From: Candidatus Pacearchaeota archaeon
GTDB taxonomy: Archaea > Nanobdellota > Nanobdellia > Pacearchaeales > UBA284
Direction: 5' to 3'
Assembly (NCBI GenBank): GCA_038895375.1
Contig: JAWANM010000005.1
Coordinates: forward strand, 1-36,860
DNA length: 36,860 nucleotides
How positions within the stretch are numbered: the stretch's first letter is position 1; every line of letters starts with the position of its first letter. Both the position numbers and the translations under genes were made by a program. The notes under the pieces were generated by a model that saw only the letters and a program-made list of their open reading frames with translations, was not told where the DNA came from and made no database searches. Below, piece by piece: positions 26,435 to 33,984 of this stretch.

Positions 26435-26824
26435 CTATTTTTCGACGGTATCTGCTTTTTTTATCTCTTTGAATTTTTGAAACAATTTTTTGACGTAGTG
26501 CTCTTTTACTGCGTTGTGATGCAAGAAACCTCCTTTGAAACTTTTTGGAATATGCAATAATTCATGAATCAAAATTTTTATCTTTTCGTCCTCGCTTAGC
26601 TTATCGAATTTTTCTGCAATGACTTCGATAATGTATGCCGGTTCAAGCTTGAGTGCTTTTTGTAAAATTATTGGTAAAGAATGACATCTTGCTATTGTGT
26701 TTTTTGCACTAGAACCATAGCTTTTGAAACAAAAAACTCTCTCAACTTTTATGTGCTTTAGTCCTAAAGTTTGAACAATCTCTTTGACTTTAGCATTCAA
26801 TTCTAGCGCTTCTTCGTATTTCAT
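26435..26824 (-). CDS. Predicted small zinc metallopeptidase (HEXXH)
   Basis: ARCHSL, YIIEVI.EKF..L and ILIHELLHIP..F.G motifs. Confidence 0.85.
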   Translation of the reverse strand: MKYEEALELNAKVKEIVQTLGLKHIKVERVFCFKSYGSSAKNTIARCHSLPIILQKALKLEPAYIIEVIAEKFDKLSEDEKIKILIHELLHIPKSFKGGFLHHNAVKEHYVKKLFQKFKEIKKADTVEK

Positions 26825-26929
26825 AATCAGAAATTACGAAAAGAATATTTAAAGTTTTGTGAGCTAGGCTTTTTTGCTCATGATTGTTCGGATGGAAAAT
26901 TTTTTAAAATAAAAAAATACCAAAAAAAT

Positions 26930-29900
26930 ATGAAAAAAGAGACAAAAATTGATCTTCCTTTGTTTTTATTGGCTATTGCAATCCTCCTTATTTTTACAAG
27001 CTCATCGATATATGCTCAGACATGCAAGTGTAATAACTGTTCAAGCTCATCGATATATGCTCAGACATGCAAGTGTAATAACTGTTCAAGCTGTACTGCT
27101 GCATTGAACAATGCGAGTTGTGATGAAGTTATATTGACGGACGACATTACAAACCATAGCTCAGATTGTATTTCTAACCCAGAAAACTTTAGCAATAAAA
27201 TTTTTGATTGTCAGTGGCATACTATTGATGGTATTGGAAATGGTAATGGGATTTATTTAGATAGTAAGCAAAATAATACAATAAAAAATTGTATAATTAC
27301 TGGTTTTGTTTATGGAATTTATTTATCTTCTTCTTCAAACAACACACTAATAAATAATACTGCCAATTCAAATGGTTATCATGGGATTTATTTATATAGT
27401 TCCCCAAACAACACCTTAATAAACAATACTGCAAACTCAAATAGTCAGCGTGGAATCTATTTACAGTCCTCTTCGAATAACACACTAATAAACACCACTG
27501 TTAATTTAAATGGTCAGGAGGGAATTTATTTATCTTTCTCAAACAACAACATCTTAATAAATAATATTGCTAACTCAAATAGTTATGGAATTTATTTATA
27601 TTCTTCCTCAGACAACATCCTAACAAATAATGTAGCCATCAATTCAACTACTAAGGATGGAATTGACTTATATTCTTCCTCAAACAACATCCTAGCAAAT
27701 AACATTGTAAGCTTAAATAATCAAACTGGAATTACTTTATCCTATTCCTCAAACAACATCCTAGCAAATAACATTGTAAGGTTAAATAATCAGAGTGGAA
27801 TTGCTTTGAGTTATTCCTCAAATAATAATACTTTAGTAAATAACAGCGTAAGTGAGAATTCCGAGAGAGGAATTTCTTTATACGATTCCTCAAATAATAT
27901 TTTAGCAAACAACATTGTTAATTCAAACGGGTATGGAATTTATTTAGAACTTTCCTCAAACAACACTATAGCAAATAACTTTGTTATTTTAAATAGTCAA
28001 TATGGAATTTTATATAACTCTTCTGGCAATAACAATATCTATAATAACTTCTTTAACAACACAAATAATTCTGGTTTTAGAACACCAATTTATGCAAACA
28101 ACTGGAACACAACCAAAACTCAAGGAACAAACATAGTCGGTGGGCCCTATCTTGGTGGAAACTTTTGGGCAACTCCGAATGGAACAGGATTTAGCGAAAC
28201 TTGCAATGATTCTAACAAGGACGGAATTTGTGACTCAAACTATACTCTTGCTAAAGATAATATTGATTATTTGCCTTTAACTTATCCTTTGATTTGTTAT
28301 TGCGATAGTTGTGCGAGTTGCACTGCTGCTTTAAACAAAACTGTAAATTGTGATGAAGTAAGACTTATTGCAGATATTATAAATTATAGCGGGACTTGTA
28401 TTACCAATCCAGAAAACTTTAATAATAAAATTTTCAATTGTCAAGGGCATGTAATAGATGGTAGTAGGTATAATCGCGGCATTTACCTAAGTAATAAACA
28501 AAATAATACAATAGAGAATTGTATAATTACCGAGTTTATCTATGGGATTTGGTTAGAATATTCCTCAAACAATGTTTTAATAAATAATACTAACTTAAAT
28601 AATGGTTATGGAATTTATTTATGGTATTCCTCAAATAACACTCTAACAAACAACAATGCAAGCTCAAATAATATTTATGGAATCTATCTGTATTCTTCTT
28701 CAAACAATACCCTAACAAACAATACTGCAAGTTCAAATAATGATAGTGGAATTTATTTATACTTTTCTGCAAACAACACTCTTACAGGCAATACAATGAA
28801 CAACAATTCATTTAATTTCGGCATATTTGGAGGAGATATTTTACACTATTATCAAGATATTAATACTTCGAATACAGTCGATGGAAAGCCAATTTATTAT
28901 TGGACAAATGAAAAAAATGCTCCGAATAATTGTAGAGATGCAGAAATAAATGAATCAAGTAATGCCGGATTTGTTGCATTGGTTTCTTGTGATAATATTA
29001 CAGTAAAAAATTTGAATTTGAGTAGCAATAGTCATGGAATCTTGCTAGTAAACACAACGAATAGTAGAATTATAAACAATAACATAAGCTCAAATTATTA
29101 TGGGATATTCTTGTTTAGCTCTTCGAATAATACCGTAACAAGCAACAATATATTTTTAGGTTGGCGCGGAGTTCAATTGAATAATTCACACAGTAATGCT
29201 ATTTTTACAAACCATATAATTTTAAATGATAATTCAGGAGTTTATTTATCCAATTCAGCTAATAACACATTCTTCAATAATTTCTTTAATAACACATTAA
29301 ATAATGTTAATATTATAGCTTCACTACAAAATTTCTGGAACACGACAAAAACTGAAGGAACAAACATAGTTGGCGGGCCTTATCTTGGCGGAAACTTTTG
29401 GGCAACTCCGAATGGAACAGGATTTAGTGAAACATGCACAGATGCTAATAAGGACGGAATTTGTGACTCAAACTATACTCTTGCTGCAAATAACGTTGAT
29501 TATTTGCCTTTGACCTTTTACTCTACAAGCGGTGGAGGAGCTGGTGGCGGCGCAGGAGGAGGTGGAGGAGCTGGAGGAGGAGCTGGTGGCGGAGGAATTC
29601 TTCCTGTTTGTGGAGATGGAATATGTGATTTGAGCGAGAGTTATTTGAATTGCTCACAAGATTGTGCTGCTCCTAGTGAGCCGCCTGAAAATGTAAGCGA
29701 GGATTTGGGCGATGTTGGAGAAGGCAAAGAATGTGGAGGAACTATTGGTCATGCTTTTAGGTTCAGGGTTAAAGGGCAAGAGCATATAGGGCAGATAGGC
29801 GAGATAGAATCAGATAGGGCCATCTTGTTTATTTGGAGCAGTCCTATGAGAGTTGATTTAATTGTTGGCAAGGCAAAACAAATTGATTTAGATGGCAATA

Positions 29901-30118
29901 ATCTTGCTGAGCTCGAAATTTTACTGAAAAAGATTGAAAATGGTAAAGCATTCTTGCTATTGAAAGAATTGAAAGAAAGGAAGGAAGAACAAGGCCAAGA
30001 GCCTGAACAGCAAGCACAAAAATCAAAATCATATCTTAAGTTGTTACTGATAATAGGCGCAATCCTAATTGTAATTGTCGTAGCGATAATTTATAGCATG
30101 CAGAAGAGAAAAAGTTGA
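26930..30118 (+). CDS. Surface protein with two NosD/CASH parallel beta-helix modules, Gly-rich linker and C-terminal TM anchor
   Basis: Signal peptide, many GIYLxSSSNNTLxNN (PbH1) repeats, two GGPYLGGNFW...DGICD...DYLPL caps and a C-terminal TM plus basic tail. Confidence 0.92.
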   Translation: MKKETKIDLPLFLLAIAILLIFTSSSIYAQTCKCNNCSSSSIYAQTCKCNNCSSCTAALNNASCDEVILTDDITNHSSDCISNPENFSNKIFDCQWHTIDGIGNGNGIYLDSKQNNTIKNCIITGFVYGIYLSSSSNNTLINNTANSNGYHGIYLYSSPNNTLINNTANSNSQRGIYLQSSSNNTLINTTVNLNGQEGIYLSFSNNNILINNIANSNSYGIYLYSSSDNILTNNVAINSTTKDGIDLYSSSNNILANNIVSLNNQTGITLSYSSNNILANNIVRLNNQSGIALSYSSNNNTLVNNSVSENSERGISLYDSSNNILANNIVNSNGYGIYLELSSNNTIANNFVILNSQYGILYNSSGNNNIYNNFFNNTNNSGFRTPIYANNWNTTKTQGTNIVGGPYLGGNFWATPNGTGFSETCNDSNKDGICDSNYTLAKDNIDYLPLTYPLICYCDSCASCTAALNKTVNCDEVRLIADIINYSGTCITNPENFNNKIFNCQGHVIDGSRYNRGIYLSNKQNNTIENCIITEFIYGIWLEYSSNNVLINNTNLNNGYGIYLWYSSNNTLTNNNASSNNIYGIYLYSSSNNTLTNNTASSNNDSGIYLYFSANNTLTGNTMNNNSFNFGIFGGDILHYYQDINTSNTVDGKPIYYWTNEKNAPNNCRDAEINESSNAGFVALVSCDNITVKNLNLSSNSHGILLVNTTNSRIINNNISSNYYGIFLFSSSNNTVTSNNIFLGWRGVQLNNSHSNAIFTNHIILNDNSGVYLSNSANNTFFNNFFNNTLNNVNIIASLQNFWNTTKTEGTNIVGGPYLGGNFWATPNGTGFSETCTDANKDGICDSNYTLAANNVDYLPLTFYSTSGGGAGGGAGGGGGAGGGAGGGGILPVCGDGICDLSESYLNCSQDCAAPSEPPENVSEDLGDVGEGKECGGTIGHAFRFRVKGQEHIGQIGEIESDRAILFIWSSPMRVDLIVGKAKQIDLDGNNLAELEILLKKIENGKAFLLLKELKERKEEQGQEPEQQAQKSKSYLKLLLIIGAILIVIVVAIIYSMQKRKS
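26997..27092 (+). repeat. Perfect 45-bp tandem duplication plus 6-bp partial copy, in frame
   Basis: caagctcatcgatatatgctcagacatgcaagtgtaataactgtt occurs at 26997-27041 and 27042-27086, followed by caagct. Confidence 0.97.
28102..28278 (+). repeat. Intragenic dispersed repeat, copy 1 (copy 2 at 29335..29511)
   Basis: About 177 bp of high identity at an offset of 1233 bp, with exact blocks of 38 and 36 bp; encodes the beta-helix cap module. Confidence 0.9.
29335..29511 (+). repeat. Intragenic dispersed repeat, copy 2
   Basis: Matches 28102..28278. Confidence 0.9.
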
Positions 30119-30292
30119 AAAGACACTCGGCAATTACGTTTTTTTTGCATGCAGAGTTGCAAGTTGGTAAGATTGTGAAGAGTTGAAATTCAAAAGTTGT
30201 TTTGTAATAGCTTGAGCTTAAAAAATAAAGTTCGCAAAAATTACTGAAACGATAAAATTTTAAAGGCAAAAAACTTAAACTTAAAAAAGAGA

Positions 30293-31324
30293 ATGAGAAA
30301 AGAGATAATTGCTGTGACAATTTTTTGTCTTTTCGTAATTTTAATTTCGCAAGTAGAAGCATATATAGAAGTGGAATGTCCTGGCGAGGCTGCTGGAGAT
30401 CCTAGAGAAAGCTGCCAAAGAGCAATCAATAGCATCGCCGATGGAGGGACAATATTTATTAGATTTCCCTTTACATTCGAAGACCAAAATTCTTTAGTAT
30501 TTTCTAACAAACGAAATATAATTTTTGATTGTAATGGAACTACGATTAATTGCAGTGGCAGTAGCGAATGCATTATTGTAATAGATTCATTCAATATTAC
30601 TATTCGAAATTGTACTTTTCTCAATTTTAGTAACACAGGAATATATGTAGAGCGAAGTGGAAATGTGTCAATACTGAATTCGGGTCTTTTTCTTGGCGAA
30701 TTTATATTTATTGCTATTGGAATTAGAGTAGAAGGAAGTAACAATACAATCATTAGAAGTACAAATTTATCTATGAATAGTAGCTGTGATAGTTGTGAAG
30801 GCATTTATATTGGAGGATGGTCAAATAATACGCTTTTGACAGATGTTGATATAGGACGTGCCGAAGGATCAGTAAGACCTCTTTTTGCAGATGGTATTCA
30901 TATAATGAACGAAAGCAGTTTTACGGTCATAAATAATACCAGGGTATGCGTTAATAATTTAGAAGAGGATTTTTATGACATTCATGTAGAAGCCCGTGCA
31001 CAAACAGTTAGTTGTTCCGATGTGGTTTGCAATAAAACTACTTATCCTAATTGTTGTTCATCTTTTTGTGGAATACAAATTGACGAGTGTAGAAATTATA
31101 GATGGTACACTATAGGTATAGTGCACAACACATGCGATTATACAAGAGAGCTATGCGTAACCAATCAATCCCCTTATGGCAATTATAATAAATTTGTGCA
31201 TTATTGTAAAAAAGTAAGAAACAATTATTATCTTTACAATATAAGCGTTAGCAAAGGGCCACAAGAGCAACGGCAAGAAGGAATAATAAACAAAATAATC
31301 AATTTAATCAAAAAGCTATTTTAA
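30293..31324 (+). CDS. Secreted right-handed beta-helix protein with Cys-rich C-terminus
   Basis: Signal peptide, QRAINS...GGTI, NIIFDCNG, NITIRNC and GIYV/GIRV/GIYI repeats. Confidence 0.82.
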   Translation: MRKEIIAVTIFCLFVILISQVEAYIEVECPGEAAGDPRESCQRAINSIADGGTIFIRFPFTFEDQNSLVFSNKRNIIFDCNGTTINCSGSSECIIVIDSFNITIRNCTFLNFSNTGIYVERSGNVSILNSGLFLGEFIFIAIGIRVEGSNNTIIRSTNLSMNSSCDSCEGIYIGGWSNNTLLTDVDIGRAEGSVRPLFADGIHIMNESSFTVINNTRVCVNNLEEDFYDIHVEARAQTVSCSDVVCNKTTYPNCCSSFCGIQIDECRNYRWYTIGIVHNTCDYTRELCVTNQSPYGNYNKFVHYCKKVRNNYYLYNISVSKGPQEQRQEGIINKIINLIKKLF

Positions 31325-31326
31325 AA

Positions 31327-33984
31327 ATGGGAAAAAATAAGAAAACTCTCTTAATAGTTTTTGTATTTTTTTGTTTCATCGTGGCAATTTTACCTTGTGG
31401 GAAAACTGGGAATGGTTCTTTTTCTGATATGTGTGATGCTGCTATAATAAATGGAACTTTTTATTACTGCCATAATAGCAGCGATGATGTATGTCCAGAG
31501 CATTTTAGCGATGTTAACGGCAATTCGCCCGTATGCTCTCGAAGTCCTTCTAGCATTTGCTACGATCCTGATTGCGTCGGTGTCGGTGGATGCATAATAA
31601 AAACAGCAAACATTACTCCTTATTGCAAAAACAATGCCTGCGGTTCAAGTCGAGATGATAAAATCTTTTTGAACTCGACTTTTTCATGTCCAGCAGGAAT
31701 AAATATTACGAAACTTAAGTTCATTGCTAATAGTAGCGATAATCAGTGTGTATATCCTATGGAAATAGAGTGCAATAGCAATACAAATTGTTCAGGAAAT
31801 TTTTCAATAGAAGCTGTTCCAGAAAATTGTGTGAATAAGACTGTGACTGCAAAAGAAGTAGCGGTTTATAGAAATGATTTGAAGATGGCAAGCAATTTTT
31901 CTTCTTCTGGTTATGGGCGTTTCAAATTTGCAGATAGGGACATTGGAATTTTTTTGAAGAATGTACTTTTGGTAGGAGTGCCTGATTATGCACCTCAAAG
32001 CTATACTTTCAACGTAACCGCATATGCAAATTTTTCTAACAGTACAGGTTACTGGCTGGAGAACATAACCATTGTTAAAACAACTTATTACAACTCTAGT
32101 AATAAAAGCGTTGTCTTCAACACACGTAATGGTTTTGGTTGGCCAGAATTTAAAACAGACAATGTTGGAAATGCAAATGTTTCTGTTTTGTATCCTTATA
32201 ATAACATTGCAAACAAAAGCGATTCTAAAAACATAACTGTTTTTGTTCCTGGTGTTACGTGTCAGATTTATGAGGCTGAGATTTTTCCTTATTGTGGAGA
32301 TGACGGTTGTAAAATAGGAGAAAAGGTGGAGCTTAGAGTAAATATTTCTACGTCGTGTCCTACAATAGATGCTATTCTGATAGAAGGGCTTAATGAAACG
32401 TGCGAAGTAGAAATGATGACTACGAATGTTGAGTGTGAGGAACTTCAACTTAAAAGATACTGTAGAGGAAACTGGACAATAGGAAATGTTAAAGAAGAGT
32501 GCAAAGGAAAAACAATAAGAGGAAAATATGTAACAATTTTTTCTCAGGAGAAACCTGTTGCTTTCCTTGACGATCCTAGTAAGATACATGGTTTTTTTAT
32601 ATTCGAAATGATGGAAATTATTGGATTGAAGGCTATAATAGTTTCTCCTTCTGACGGATCTGTTTTCAACATTCGTGATACTATATGGCTTAATGAGTCG
32701 AGCAAAGGAAACATAAACAACTGGTCTTGGTATTATAAAAATATTACAGGATCATGGATTCTTCATAGAAGCTTTAGTAAAGGACAGAATCCAAATACAA
32801 CTTTCTCTTTACCACAAGGGGCAGCACCAGGGGCTTATTATATTAATTTGACTGTTGAAAATGAGACTGAGAAAGATTCCACTTATGTTAAGATTTATTT
32901 TGGTGAAGAAGGCTGGCCGATCGCGATCATTTCAGAGCCACGCGAAGGCGAGATCATAGTGCATGGCAATGTGACACAAAGTGGAAGCAAGCAGGTGCGT
33001 TTCAATGGTTCTCAAAGCTTTGATTCTAATGCAGGTTCGCAGTATAATTTCAACTTAAGTTGGTACTTTGATATAACCGACAGAACAAAAAAAATAAGCG
33101 GATTCTATAACATAACAAACATAACTTATTACCTTTATAATAAATCTTATATTGATAGAGTTGGCATTACAGCAGAACTTAATGCGAGTGACGGGCAGAA
33201 CTCAACGATAGACAGAGTAACTTTTAGGCTTGCTTATTGTGAAGAACAAGGAAGAAAAGTTTTTCCTGGAGAATGTTTGAATCAAAAATATTGTAGTGAA
33301 AATTGCAATGGAGTAATTTGTACTCTTATTTCTGATTGTAGAATTCGTGATTGCTGCGGAAATCCACCTTATTGTAATATAAATACAGGAAGATGTGATG
33401 TTACGCAAGGTGCTATTGGCTGTGGTTCTCGAACGCAAAAAAACCATTGTCAAAATACATCGACAAAAGGTTGCTTTTGGGATGGTAGTTGCAAGAATTG
33501 CACGCCTGCGCCGCCAGGCCCGGTAAAATGCAGCGATTACAATAACGAGTTCGCATGCAATAATGATATGTATGGTTGTGAACTAGGAATTAAAGGCGAA
33601 GACGCAAGAACAATTCTCGGGTCAAGAAGAATTATTAATGGAGTTGAACATGAAGCCGTGGCCACAAGATGTAGCTGGTATAACAACAACTGCACTTTAA
33701 ATGTAACGTGGATTCCTGTAGCAGGAGGCGGATCGCCACCGAGTGGCGTGACTTGCAGCTACACAACAAGCATAAGCGATTGCCAGGAAGGCTATAGAAC
33801 AATAACATACACGAATTTAACAGATAGTAATTGTCCTCCATATACGATAAAGCAAAGATGCGGAATTGCCTTTGCCAGATTGCCTTTCTTTGAAGCATGG
33901 CATATGCTAATTGCTTTCTTGCTAATCGCATTGCTTTACTTTTTTATTGAGAAAAGAAAAAATGAAAGAAAAAATGAAAAGTAA
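31327..33984 (+). CDS. Cys-rich surface glycoprotein with PKD/Ig-like domains and C-terminal TM
   Basis: Signal peptide, PKD-like G.Y.INLTV and F.GS.S.D motifs, many N-x-S/T sequons and an LPFF-TM-basic C-terminus. Confidence 0.85.
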   Translation: MGKNKKTLLIVFVFFCFIVAILPCGKTGNGSFSDMCDAAIINGTFYYCHNSSDDVCPEHFSDVNGNSPVCSRSPSSICYDPDCVGVGGCIIKTANITPYCKNNACGSSRDDKIFLNSTFSCPAGINITKLKFIANSSDNQCVYPMEIECNSNTNCSGNFSIEAVPENCVNKTVTAKEVAVYRNDLKMASNFSSSGYGRFKFADRDIGIFLKNVLLVGVPDYAPQSYTFNVTAYANFSNSTGYWLENITIVKTTYYNSSNKSVVFNTRNGFGWPEFKTDNVGNANVSVLYPYNNIANKSDSKNITVFVPGVTCQIYEAEIFPYCGDDGCKIGEKVELRVNISTSCPTIDAILIEGLNETCEVEMMTTNVECEELQLKRYCRGNWTIGNVKEECKGKTIRGKYVTIFSQEKPVAFLDDPSKIHGFFIFEMMEIIGLKAIIVSPSDGSVFNIRDTIWLNESSKGNINNWSWYYKNITGSWILHRSFSKGQNPNTTFSLPQGAAPGAYYINLTVENETEKDSTYVKIYFGEEGWPIAIISEPREGEIIVHGNVTQSGSKQVRFNGSQSFDSNAGSQYNFNLSWYFDITDRTKKISGFYNITNITYYLYNKSYIDRVGITAELNASDGQNSTIDRVTFRLAYCEEQGRKVFPGECLNQKYCSENCNGVICTLISDCRIRDCCGNPPYCNINTGRCDVTQGAIGCGSRTQKNHCQNTSTKGCFWDGSCKNCTPAPPGPVKCSDYNNEFACNNDMYGCELGIKGEDARTILGSRRIINGVEHEAVATRCSWYNNNCTLNVTWIPVAGGGSPPSGVTCSYTTSISDCQEGYRTITYTNLTDSNCPPYTIKQRCGIAFARLPFFEAWHMLIAFLLIALLYFFIEKRKNERKNEK

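Noticed and set aside
27240-28800. Regularly spaced ggaatttatttat...tcaaacaac repeats resembling a CRISPR array
   Set aside because: They are degenerate, in-frame 22-24 codon beta-helix (PbH1) coding repeats, and there are no cas genes.
29531-29596. G-rich tract as a G-quadruplex or regulatory repeat
   Set aside because: It has only GG runs and is fully explained by the Gly/Ala linker codons.
30241-32589. Long minus-strand ORFs (187 aa and 261 aa)
   Set aside because: They are antisense to well-formed signal-peptide genes and show no motifs.
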